Source: Candidatus Sumerlaeaceae bacterium (GTDB taxonomy: Bacteria; Sumerlaeota; Sumerlaeia; Sumerlaeales; Sumerlaeaceae). Taken from it: 16,640 nt of DNA. The stretch's first letter is position 1; the number at the start of each line of letters is the position of its first letter. Under the pieces are notes generated by a model, which had not been told where the DNA came from, made no database searches, and saw only the letters and a list, made by a program, of their open reading frames with translations. Of the stretch, positions 1 to 8,514 are shown piece by piece. The position numbers and the translations under genes are program-made. The stretch is from contig JBPCLP010000037.1 of the NCBI GenBank assembly GCA_051003195.1, forward strand, positions 1-16,640, given 5' to 3'.

Positions 1-12
1 GCATCTTGCGCG

Positions 13-35
13 GTAGAGCAGGCTTCCAGCCTGCT
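13..35 (+). repeat. REP-like palindrome with GTAG foot
   Basis: GTAG followed by the perfect stem AGCAGGCT-tcc-AGCCTGCT. A GTAG tetranucleotide plus a GC-rich hairpin is the typical architecture of RAYT-associated REPs. Confidence 0.6.
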
Positions 36-97
36 GCGAGAAGAAGACTCAATCAGTCCTGGAAGCCCCGGGCAAATACTCGAGCCTTGCGCTACCC

Positions 98-127
98 AAA
101 GCGGCGGCAAGCCGCGCGCACTCCAAA
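98..127 (-). repeat. REP-like palindrome with GGAG foot
   Basis: The minus strand reads TTTTGGAGTGCGCGCGGCTTGCCGCCGCTTT: a (T)GGAG foot followed by an imperfect GC-rich hairpin. Confidence 0.55.
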
Positions 128-146
128 ATCCAGCGCCGAGCCTCCT

Positions 147-186
147 TAATCAAAATTAATCAAAGCTAATCAAAGCTAATCAAACA
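147..186 (+). repeat. Tandem repeat, 4 x 10 bp (TAATCAAAnn)
   Basis: taatcaaaat taatcaaagc taatcaaagc taatcaaaca; TCAA cores at 150, 160, 170 and 180. Confidence 0.9.
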
Positions 187-216
187 ATTGCGTCGCTCAT
201 TGGCATTTCACGCTTT

Positions 217-256
217 AAATCAAACAGGCCGATGGGGTAATTTCGCCCTTTGATTT
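217..256. repeat. Inverted repeat AAATCAAA...TTTGATTT enclosing GGGTAATTTCGCC
   Basis: Perfect 8-bp arms at 217-224 and 249-256. The internal 13-mer (235-247) is identical to 434-446 in the long repeat. Confidence 0.75.
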
Positions 257-346
257 CCGTAATGTTCTGATCATGTGGCCGTGCGCGCTCCATTTGCTCG
301 GCGGCGTGCGCGACTGGGTAGCAGGGGCGACTGCGGTTGGAGGCTA

Positions 347-383
347 TTCAAGTTTTCAAGTTTTTCAAGTTTTTTTCAAGTTT
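347..383 (+). repeat. Imperfect tandem array of (T)nCAAG, 4 units
   Basis: ttcaag ttttcaag tttttcaag tttttttcaag ttt, with T-runs of 4, 5 and 7 between units. The same sequence occurs at 15977-16013. Confidence 0.9.
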
Positions 384-416
384 GCGGCGTAGAAGCTTGA
401 AAGGCTTGCAGATAAA

Positions 417-452
417 TCAAGTTGGCGAAAAATGGGTAATTTCGCCACTTGA
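417..452. other. Hairpin / inverted repeat inside the long repeat
   Basis: TCAAGTTGGCGAAA (417-430) pairs with TTTCGCCACTTGA (440-452) with one bulge. The only two substitutions versus copy 2 (16047-16082) fall in the loop. Confidence 0.75.
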
Positions 453-770
453 AAAACGGTAATCCTCGCGTAAGAATTCGCCGGGCCCGTGGATTTCCCA
501 CTTCCTTGCGCGATGGGAGGCCTTTTCCGCCAGGCGCCTGGACGTAAAAATGCCACGCGGATTTGGGCGCAGAAGTACCTTTGCCGTCGGTCACGGCGTT
601 CGGGCTGCATAGTTTTCAAAGAACACGTTCAGTTTTACTACGCTGGCAGGTATACACGAGTTGTGGAGGGGGTGTCACTTCCCTGGCGTCACCTTAGCGT
701 GGGCTAAGTCCAATAAAGTCGAAAAAGGTTTTTGGGCTAACGTGCGCTCGTGCGTACTCACAACGTTTCG

Positions 771-808
771 AGATCGGGAGCTGTTCCCCGATTTTGGTCC
801 CCCGATCT
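771..808. repeat. REP-like palindrome upstream of the methyltransferase
   Basis: AGATCGGG (771-778) pairs with CCCGATCT (801-808); an alternative partner CCCGAT lies at 787-792. Confidence 0.5.
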
Positions 809-911
809 TAATTGCAGCTCTACTTTGTTGTTGGACAATCCCTTCCTGCAAACACTAGAACCCGCCAACACGTTCGCCCGACATTCAAACAGGAGAGGTT
901 AGCCAAGGCCC

Positions 912-3668
912 ATGGCGAGAAAAGCACGCACGGCAACACCGGCCGAGGCACGCCCCTACGCGCACCCGGAAGCGGATGTGGCACTGCGCCCCGACGTGGG
1001 CACGCAGGCGCAGTTCAAGAAAAAGAAAGCGCCGAAGACCTACCGCTACGATTCCTCACTTTCGCCGGAACTGAATTGGGATAGCCAGAACGGTGCGCGT
1101 GGCCTGGGTGAGTGGCTGCTCGCGCGCATCGAAGAAGCCGCCGCGCTGCCCGCGCCGCATCAGTTCTCGCAACCGCAGGAGTTTACGGGGGCGGATGGCG
1201 CGGTGCTCGTCCGCGTGGCCGGGTTGCAGGATGCCGTCGCCGCGCTCAAGCGCATCGAGTCCGCCTTTCTTAACTGGACCGGCAAAGCCGAGCGCCTCTC
1301 GTTCGATGTCCCTACCCTGCCGCTTTTCGTGCATGAGCGCCTGTCGACCAAGGCGATTATTGAGACGCTCAAAACGCACCGCAAGGACGCCGGGTTTGAA
1401 CAGGCCGACTTGCTCAGCATGTTTGGCGATCCGCAACATCCCGTCAGCGACCAGGTATTGCGCGCGTACGAGTACCGCGACGACTGGGTCAACCGGATGA
1501 TCCTCGGCGACTCGCTCGTCGTCATGAACTCGCTGCTCGAATACGAAAGCCTCGGCGGCCAGGTCCAGATGATCTACATGGACCCGCCCTACGGCGTCAA
1601 GTTCGGCAGCAACTTCCAGCCGTTTGTGCGAAAGCGCGATGTGAGCCACGGCGACGACGACGATTTTACCCGAGAACCGGAAATGGTGCAAGCCTACCGC
1701 GACACTTGGGAACTCGGGCTGCACTCCTACCTGACGTACCTCCGCGACCGGCTACTCGTCGCGCGCGAATTGCTCACATCGAGCGGCAGCATCTTCGTCC
1801 AGATTAGCGATGAGAACCTGCACCATGTCCGCGAAGTCATGGATGAGGTATTTGGGGCAGAGAACTGCTGTGGCGTTATAACATTCGTCAAAACGACAGG
1901 TTTTACGACCAACTTGCTACCAAAAATATCCGACTATTTGCTGTGGTATTCAAAGGATATCGGACAGGTTAAATTTCGACAAGTATATAGCGGAAAACTT
2001 TTGGGCGATCAGGGGACTCAAGAGTATACGAGCGTTGAATTGCCAGATGGGTCACGGCGTTCAATGACGACTGAGGAACGTCAAACTCCGGCATTGATTC
2101 CTGCTGGAGCAAGGGCGTTCAGGCTCGACACCTTAGTTTCGCAAGGAGCAACAAGCTCGGGGACAACTGAGTATGCTTTTGGAGGCATAACTTATAGCCC
2201 ATCGGCTAATTCTCACTGGAAAACCACAAAAGCTGGACTTGATAAGCTGGCGACAATGGAAAGATTGTCGGCACGACAGGTTGGGAAAACTTTGTGCTAC
2301 GTTCGCTATGTGGATGATTTTGCCGCAGTTGCCGTTGGGAATGTCTGGATGGACATGGCATCAGGTGATAATCAGACTCTCCAAAAGCTTTACGTTGTTC
2401 AAACGCTGCCGAAAGTTGTCCAGCGATGCATGCTCATGACGACTGATCCCGGTGACCTTGTATTGGATCCGACCTGTGGCTCCGGCACCACCGCTTACGT
2501 CGCCGAACAGTGGGGACGCCGCTGGATCACCACCGATGTTAGTCGGGTGCCCCTGGCACTTGCACGTCAGCGGGTACTGACTGCTACGTTTCCCTGGTAC
2601 GAGCTGAAGGATGAGTCGCGCGGTCCGGCTGGGGGTTTCGTCTATAAGCGAAAGCAGAACAAGAAAGGCGAAGAGGTCGGCGGCATTGTGCCACACATTA
2701 CCCTTGGCAGCATTGCCAACGATGAGCCGCCAAAGGAAGAAGTGCTTGTCGACCGGCCCGAAGAAGTCCCCGGCGTTGTCCGCGTCTCGGGCAACTTCTG
2801 CGTCGAAGCAACCATCCCCGGACCGGTGGATATGGACCGGGACGGCGAAGACGACCGCGGCGTCGAAGCAGCTGAGGAGCACGCGAGTTTTGTCGACCGG
2901 ATGATCGAGGTGATCCGGCGCAGTCCGGTGATCCAGATCGGTGGCGGCAAGACGGTAAAGCTGGAAGGCATCCGCGCGCCCGCGAAAACACTTTCGCTTT
3001 CCGCCGAAGCCGAAATTAAAAACGGCGAAAGCGCAATGGTCGCCATTCTTTTCGGTCCCCAGAACGGCGCGGTCAGCGAACGGATGGTGCACGAGGCGTT
3101 ACGCGAAGCCGACCTCAAGCGGTTCACGCACCTCTATGTCATCGGCTTCGCGATCCAGCCGAATGCCCGCGCGCTCATTGAGAACGCGAAGGAGATTTTC
3201 TCGCTCGGAGCAACCTACGTACAGGCGACGCTCGACATTACCATGGGCGACCTGCTCAAGAACATGCGTTCGTCGCAGATTTTCTCGGTGTGCGGTCTGC
3301 CGGACGTAGGCATCGCCCCAACGAAAGACGGCAAATTCCAGGTCACGCTGCTGGGTCTCGACACATTCGACCCGTCCACGATGGAAAGCCGCAGCCTGCC
3401 GGGCGACGACGTACCCGCGTGGTTCCTGGATACGGATTACAACGGACTCTGTTTCCACGTGAGCCAGGCGTTCTTCCCCCGCACCAGCGCATGGGAAAGC
3501 CTGAAAAAAGCCCTGAAGGCCACGCACGAAGAAAGTGTATGGGATCACCTCGCCGGCACCACCTCCGCTCCCTTCGAACCCGGCGAGCACAAGACCATCG
3601 CCGTAAAGGTGATCGACGATCGTGGCAATGAGCTGCTGGTAATTAAGGCCCTGAAGGAAATCCCGTGA
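912..3668 (+). CDS. mod: Site-specific DNA methyltransferase (N6A/N4C, beta class), type III R-M Mod-like subunit
   Basis: 918-aa ORF. Catalytic motif IV YMDPPYG precedes the SAM-binding motif VLDPTCGSGTT (beta order), with a variable TRD between them. AGGAGAGG lies upstream of the ATG, and the gene is in an operon with a Res-like gene. Confidence 0.93.
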   Translation: MARKARTATPAEARPYAHPEADVALRPDVGTQAQFKKKKAPKTYRYDSSLSPELNWDSQNGARGLGEWLLARIEEAAALPAPHQFSQPQEFTGADGAVLVRVAGLQDAVAALKRIESAFLNWTGKAERLSFDVPTLPLFVHERLSTKAIIETLKTHRKDAGFEQADLLSMFGDPQHPVSDQVLRAYEYRDDWVNRMILGDSLVVMNSLLEYESLGGQVQMIYMDPPYGVKFGSNFQPFVRKRDVSHGDDDDFTREPEMVQAYRDTWELGLHSYLTYLRDRLLVARELLTSSGSIFVQISDENLHHVREVMDEVFGAENCCGVITFVKTTGFTTNLLPKISDYLLWYSKDIGQVKFRQVYSGKLLGDQGTQEYTSVELPDGSRRSMTTEERQTPALIPAGARAFRLDTLVSQGATSSGTTEYAFGGITYSPSANSHWKTTKAGLDKLATMERLSARQVGKTLCYVRYVDDFAAVAVGNVWMDMASGDNQTLQKLYVVQTLPKVVQRCMLMTTDPGDLVLDPTCGSGTTAYVAEQWGRRWITTDVSRVPLALARQRVLTATFPWYELKDESRGPAGGFVYKRKQNKKGEEVGGIVPHITLGSIANDEPPKEEVLVDRPEEVPGVVRVSGNFCVEATIPGPVDMDRDGEDDRGVEAAEEHASFVDRMIEVIRRSPVIQIGGGKTVKLEGIRAPAKTLSLSAEAEIKNGESAMVAILFGPQNGAVSERMVHEALREADLKRFTHLYVIGFAIQPNARALIENAKEIFSLGATYVQATLDITMGDLLKNMRSSQIFSVCGLPDVGIAPTKDGKFQVTLLGLDTFDPSTMESRSLPGDDVPAWFLDTDYNGLCFHVSQAFFPRTSAWESLKKALKATHEESVWDHLAGTTSAPFEPGEHKTIAVKVIDDRGNELLVIKALKEIP

Positions 3669-5413
3669 TAACTCGAGTCCGGCTTAATAACTTCAAACGC
3701 TTTGAAGAGCAGACCTTCGATTTAAGTGATCACATCGTGCTCGCAGGACCAAACAATAGCGGCAAATCGACTTTAATCCAAGCCATAGCAGTTTGGCAGC
3801 TTGCGCTGCAGCGATGGATTCAAAGACGAGGCGTGCAGCCAAAAGCGAAGGAACGAACCGGAATACCAATCACCAGGAAAGATTTCAGCGCAATCCCTCT
3901 TAGGGACATGAAGCTCCTTTGGAAGGACAATTCTACCTCACTTACTAAGGACGAACTAAAAGAAGGACAAAAGCTCGGTTGGCCGAAGTTTATGGAAATT
4001 GGCCTAGAGGGAATTGGCAGCAACGGCCAATGGGAATTGGCCTTTCAATTTAAGCACCAAAGCAGTGAACAAATATACATCAAACCCATTGGTGCAGCGG
4101 CTGAACGAATTCCAGATGATGCCGTTGAAATGCGCGCTGTCCATGTGCCACCTTTTAGCGGGATAGGAGCAGAAGAAACGCGCTACGACGGCCCCTATCA
4201 GGATTTGTTAATTGGCCAAGGAAAGCCTGGAGACATACTCCGCAATCTACTGCTGGAGGTGTTTGATGCAGAGTCTAAAAATGGAACCGAGAAGCCGTGG
4301 ACCCAGCTTGTCGAACATGTCGAAGAGATGTTCGGTTATCGGCTACTTCAACCCCAGTATACCGGGCGACCATTTATTATTTCTGAGTATTTACCGAACA
4401 TTCCCGCAGACAATAAAGGTGATGGTGGACTACCGCGATTCGATGTTTCATCCGCCGGCAGCGGATTCCATCAGGTTCTGCTACTACTCGCGTTTTTTTA
4501 TGCTCGTCGCGCATCTGTATTACTACTTGATGAACCTGACGCGCACCTTCATGTCATTTTACAGCGCCAAGTCTACGAGCGATTACGCAGTGTGGCGGCG
4601 GAGCGCGGCTGTCAGCTCGTAATTGCAACACACTCCGAAGTACTGATTGATGGGACAAGTCCCGACCGTATCGAGTCCTTTTACGGGGAGCCACACCGCT
4701 TAATAAATGATGTGGAAAGAGATCAGGTCCGGGAAGCACTTAAGCGAGTTACCGCAATGGAGTTACTCTTGGCAGAAAAAGGCCAAGGAGTATTGTACGT
4801 GGAAGGTAACACGGATTTGACGCTGCTGTCTGCATGGGCGCGAGTCCTCAACCATCCGCTGGCCGAATGGTTTCGCGCCCGTGCGTTTGTTCATCCGCTG
4901 CGTGGCAGTGATCCTCGCGAAGCGAAGGGCCATTTCTTCGCGTTGCGCGGTGTTCGTCCGCACCATGGCGGATTTCTGCTGCTGGATAGCGATAACCGTG
5001 ATTTACCCGACCGGGAAGTTACCGCACAAGGTCTTCAAATCGGGCGATGGATCCGTTACGAGGCCGAAAGCTACCTGATGCATCCTGATGCTCTGGTGCG
5101 CTTCGTCTCCAGGCACTTATGCAAGGAAGACGAGCCCGACTTAATCACGATTCCAGCTGCCGACCAGGCAATGAATTATTTGCGCGATCAACTTCCTCCT
5201 GCGTTTTTTAGAGACCCACTATCGGATCATGAATTTCTAACAGGACTTCCGGTGAGCAAAGGTCTGCTGCCTGCCTTTCTCCAAGCTGCTGGTATAGATT
5301 TGCCCAAACGAGACTATTACCTGATTGCTGAGGCCATGCGACCTGATGAGGTCTCGCCTGAAGTCCGGCAAATGCTTGATACAATCGCAGGTGCCCTAGG
5401 TGTGAGTACGTGA
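3665..5413 (+). CDS. ABC-type (AAA_15/AAA_21-like) ATPase fused to a TOPRIM domain; OLD/PARIS-like ATP-dependent nuclease
   Basis: 582 aa. N-terminal ITRVRLNNFKRF, Walker A GPNNSGKS, signature-like SAGSG, Walker B/D-loop LLLDEPDAHLH and H-loop IATHS. These are followed by TOPRIM-like VLYVEGNTD, LLLDSD (DxD) and RYEAESYL. GTGA overlaps with both neighbours. Confidence 0.85.
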   Translation: MITRVRLNNFKRFEEQTFDLSDHIVLAGPNNSGKSTLIQAIAVWQLALQRWIQRRGVQPKAKERTGIPITRKDFSAIPLRDMKLLWKDNSTSLTKDELKEGQKLGWPKFMEIGLEGIGSNGQWELAFQFKHQSSEQIYIKPIGAAAERIPDDAVEMRAVHVPPFSGIGAEETRYDGPYQDLLIGQGKPGDILRNLLLEVFDAESKNGTEKPWTQLVEHVEEMFGYRLLQPQYTGRPFIISEYLPNIPADNKGDGGLPRFDVSSAGSGFHQVLLLLAFFYARRASVLLLDEPDAHLHVILQRQVYERLRSVAAERGCQLVIATHSEVLIDGTSPDRIESFYGEPHRLINDVERDQVREALKRVTAMELLLAEKGQGVLYVEGNTDLTLLSAWARVLNHPLAEWFRARAFVHPLRGSDPREAKGHFFALRGVRPHHGGFLLLDSDNRDLPDREVTAQGLQIGRWIRYEAESYLMHPDALVRFVSRHLCKEDEPDLITIPAADQAMNYLRDQLPPAFFRDPLSDHEFLTGLPVSKGLLPAFLQAAGIDLPKRDYYLIAEAMRPDEVSPEVRQMLDTIAGALGVST

Positions 5414-8400
5414 GCGGCATCGAAGTCGACAAGCCGATCATCAATTCGCCTTACATTGAGCCACAACAGCACTGGCTGATAAAGGAAGGCGAAACGCCAA
5501 AGCTTTTGCCCGGGCGGCGTAAGTCGGTTTATTATTTCCGGCCGCCGAACTCGGAAATGAAAGGCGCTGGAATTCAGATCGAGCTGAAGCTCGTCAACCT
5601 GATCCGCGAGCGCGTCGCGCAGTGGCGGGCGGAAGGTTACCCCAATGCCACCGCAATGACCCTCGACTTGCTGAAATACTGGAGGCGCGACGGACGTCCC
5701 CAGCTTTTTTACGCGCAGCTTGAGGCGGTTGAAACGGTCATCTTTCTGGTGGAGGCGAGGTCAAACCTGCTACAGGGCTTAACCATTCCTCTGGATGAAC
5801 CCTCGGAGGATGCGCGTGCAAATGGCATCCGCGCGTTCACCCGCTACGCATGCAAGATGGCCACGGGAACCGGCAAGACTACGGTCATGGGAATGCTGGC
5901 GGCCTGGTCGATTCTCAATAAGATCAATCACCGCGCAGACAGCCGCTTTTCCGACGTCGTTCTCGTTGTCGTTCCAAACGTAACTATTCGTAATCGCGTG
6001 CAGGAACTGGACCCGAATCTCGGTGAGGCTAGTCTCTATCGTACACGTGACCTTGTGTCCGAACATCTGATGAACGATATGCGCGCCGGGCGTGTGTTGG
6101 TTACCAACTGGCATATTTTTGAACGACAGATTTCACAAGCGGGCGGCGTAAGCGCGAAGGTGGTAAAGACTGGCCAGCCTAAAGCCGTGACTGAAACCAT
6201 TCACATTGGTGCGAAAACGACAACTGCGCGAGGTAAGCGATATCTGTCCCTCGACGACTACAATCACCAGACTGCCGCGGGGATACTTGAAGTTCGGTCA
6301 GAGAATCGTGATGATAAGGGCAACCTGAAAGGTGCGGTCGTCGAGTCGATTAAGCGCGTAGAGTCGGATACTGCATGGCAGCAGCGCGTACTGGGACGGG
6401 ATGTGGGCGGAAAAAAGAACATCCTCGTCATGAACGACGAAGCGCACCACGCATACCGCCTGAGGCCCAAAGCTGAGGAAGCGGAAGCGGAGGATGAGGA
6501 AGAGGAAGAAGAAGAAGACCAGATCCAAGCCAAGGAAGCGACCGTCTGGGTCGACGGACTCGACCTCATCCACAAGCATCGCGGCATTAACATCTGCGTC
6601 GATCTTTCGGCGACTCCGTACTTTCTCGGCGGCATCGGCGGGCGCGATGCCAACAAGCCATTTCCGTGGGTGGTTTCCGATTTCGGGCTGGTTGACGCCA
6701 TTGAATCCGGACTTGTTAAAATTCCGCAGATGGCGGTGCGCGACACCACAGGCGATTTGATCCCCGGATACTTCAATGTGTGGGAATGGATATTACGCAG
6801 GCTGACCGCTGCGGAGCGAGGCGGGAAAAAAGGTAGCCCCAAACCCGAAGCCATTCTGAAGTATGCACACACACCGATAGCGATACTGGGCGGGGATTGG
6901 GAAACATGGCTAAAGGAATGGGCTGATAAACCTGACGAGCCTCGCCCGCCTGTGTTTATTCTTGTCGTCAAAAACACTGCAATTGCGAAAGTATTATACG
7001 AGTGGCTTGCAGAAGGAAAAGCGCCGGCAAATATTCCACCGTCGAAGCTGGATGAGTTCCGCAATAACGGGCGTCAGGTAACTATCCGCGTGGACTCCAA
7101 AGTAATCCACGAGGGCGATACAGAAGGCTCGAAGGGTGACGAGGTCCGCTGGATGCGGATTACTTTAGATACAGTCGGGTTGGTATCGTGGCCGACTGAT
7201 TCCCTGGGTCGACCCATTTACCCGCAAGATTTTGAAGCATTATCTAAAAAATACGACAGGCCGTTACATCCGCCCGGCAGGGACATCAGGTGTATCGTTT
7301 CCGTGGGGATGCTAACTGAGGGATGGGATTGCCGGACGGTCACTCACATCGTGGGCGTACGTCCGTTCATGTCGCAGTTGCTTTGCGAGCAGGTGGTAGG
7401 ACGCGGGCTTCGGCGTGCATCGTATGAAGTCGGTGACGATGGATTAATGACCGAGGAAGTGGCACGCATTTTTGGCGTTCCGTTCGAAATCATTCCGTTC
7501 AAGGCGGACCCCAAGGGGGCAGCCCCCCGGCCAAAGCCGAATCTTGTGCAGGCGCTACCTGAGCGCGCGCATTTGGAGATTAAGTATCCGCGGGTGGAAG
7601 GATACGTGCAGGCGGTGAAGAACCGAGTAACTGTAAATTGGGATAAAGAACCGGTCGTCACAATTGATCCCGGAAACATCCCGCCCGAAGTACAGATGAA
7701 GGCTGCGTTGCCGAACAACGAGGGAAGACGTTCGCTTATCGGAGGACCTGGCAAGCTGGAGAGTGTTTCGCTGAATCCTTTCCGAAGTGGCAGGCGTGTG
7801 CAGGAACTTGTTTTCGAACTGGCCACGGCTCTGACACGTGACTGGATCAACGTGCGCGGTTCGGAATTACCGGCTCACGTGCTGTTCCCGCAGATGGCGA
7901 CAATAGCGGGTCGGTTTATTAAGGAGAAGGTTGAAGTGCTGCCGCCCGGTGAAAAAGTAGACTTGTTCTTATCCCCATACTATGGCTGGGTTATAGAGAA
8001 GCTGGTGGAAGCAATTCGACCCGATACAGATTCAGGCGAATCGCCGGAACTGCCGCAATACGAGCTAAACCGTGGGCCCGGCTCGACCGCTGATGTGCAC
8101 TTCAACACGAGTAAAGACGTACGGGATGTAGTGAGAAGTCATCTGAACCGTGTCGTAGCGGACACTTTAAAGTGGGAGCAGGCCGCTGCATACTACATCG
8201 ACACGCATCCGAAAGTGGAGAGCTTTGTCAAAAACGATCACCTGGGCTTTGCGATTCCTTATTTTCACAATGGTGAGTTGCACGATTACCTACCCGACTT
8301 CATCGTTCGTTTCACTGACGTCCCCAGTTTCCACCTGATTCTGGAAACCAAGGGTCATGATCCGCTGGAGGGCATCAAGCGCGACGCCGCACTTCGATGG

Positions 8401-8514
8401 GTGACTGCAGTCAATGCTGAAGCTAGTTATGGGAAATGGGACTACCAAGTTGCAAAGAAGCCAACCGAAGTCGTTGGGATCTTGGAGCAGTGTAGTCTAA
8501 AGTATTCCAACTAG
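5410..8514 (+). CDS. res: Type III restriction endonuclease Res-like subunit (SF2 helicase + PD-(D/E)xK nuclease; resembles the BPTD_3080-type family)
   Basis: 1034 aa. Helicase motifs MATGTGKT, NDEAHH, LSATP, VGMLTEGWD and QVVGRGLR; C-terminal YLPDFIV...ILETKG nuclease motif. The GTG start overlaps the upstream stop. Confidence 0.92.
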   Translation: MSGIEVDKPIINSPYIEPQQHWLIKEGETPKLLPGRRKSVYYFRPPNSEMKGAGIQIELKLVNLIRERVAQWRAEGYPNATAMTLDLLKYWRRDGRPQLFYAQLEAVETVIFLVEARSNLLQGLTIPLDEPSEDARANGIRAFTRYACKMATGTGKTTVMGMLAAWSILNKINHRADSRFSDVVLVVVPNVTIRNRVQELDPNLGEASLYRTRDLVSEHLMNDMRAGRVLVTNWHIFERQISQAGGVSAKVVKTGQPKAVTETIHIGAKTTTARGKRYLSLDDYNHQTAAGILEVRSENRDDKGNLKGAVVESIKRVESDTAWQQRVLGRDVGGKKNILVMNDEAHHAYRLRPKAEEAEAEDEEEEEEEDQIQAKEATVWVDGLDLIHKHRGINICVDLSATPYFLGGIGGRDANKPFPWVVSDFGLVDAIESGLVKIPQMAVRDTTGDLIPGYFNVWEWILRRLTAAERGGKKGSPKPEAILKYAHTPIAILGGDWETWLKEWADKPDEPRPPVFILVVKNTAIAKVLYEWLAEGKAPANIPPSKLDEFRNNGRQVTIRVDSKVIHEGDTEGSKGDEVRWMRITLDTVGLVSWPTDSLGRPIYPQDFEALSKKYDRPLHPPGRDIRCIVSVGMLTEGWDCRTVTHIVGVRPFMSQLLCEQVVGRGLRRASYEVGDDGLMTEEVARIFGVPFEIIPFKADPKGAAPRPKPNLVQALPERAHLEIKYPRVEGYVQAVKNRVTVNWDKEPVVTIDPGNIPPEVQMKAALPNNEGRRSLIGGPGKLESVSLNPFRSGRRVQELVFELATALTRDWINVRGSELPAHVLFPQMATIAGRFIKEKVEVLPPGEKVDLFLSPYYGWVIEKLVEAIRPDTDSGESPELPQYELNRGPGSTADVHFNTSKDVRDVVRSHLNRVVADTLKWEQAAAYYIDTHPKVESFVKNDHLGFAIPYFHNGELHDYLPDFIVRFTDVPSFHLILETKGHDPLEGIKRDAALRWVTAVNAEASYGKWDYQVAKKPTEVVGILEQCSLKYSN

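Larger units (their letters stand above)
300..754. repeat. ~455-bp non-coding direct repeat, copy 1
   Basis: Aligns over its length with 15931-16384. About 43 differences, including about 7 single-base indels, counted by hand (~90% identity). Confidence 0.95.

Noticed and set aside
147..383. CRISPR array
   Set aside because: Units are 8-11 bp and contiguous, with no unique spacers and no cas genes.
365..619. 84-aa minus-strand ORF with an 84-aa counterpart at 15995-16249
   Set aside because: The similarity simply reflects the DNA repeat. Indels shift the frame between copies so the N-terminal halves differ, and no domain is recognisable.
832..861. Sigma70-like promoter for mod (TGGACA-18-TAGAAC)
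   Set aside because: The -10 box lacks the conserved final T and the spacing is suboptimal; not distinguishable from chance.
1018..1028. Phase-variation tract in mod (AGAAAAAGAAA)
   Set aside because: An interrupted A-run encoding KKKK; too short to be a slippage SSR like those of phase-variable mod genes.
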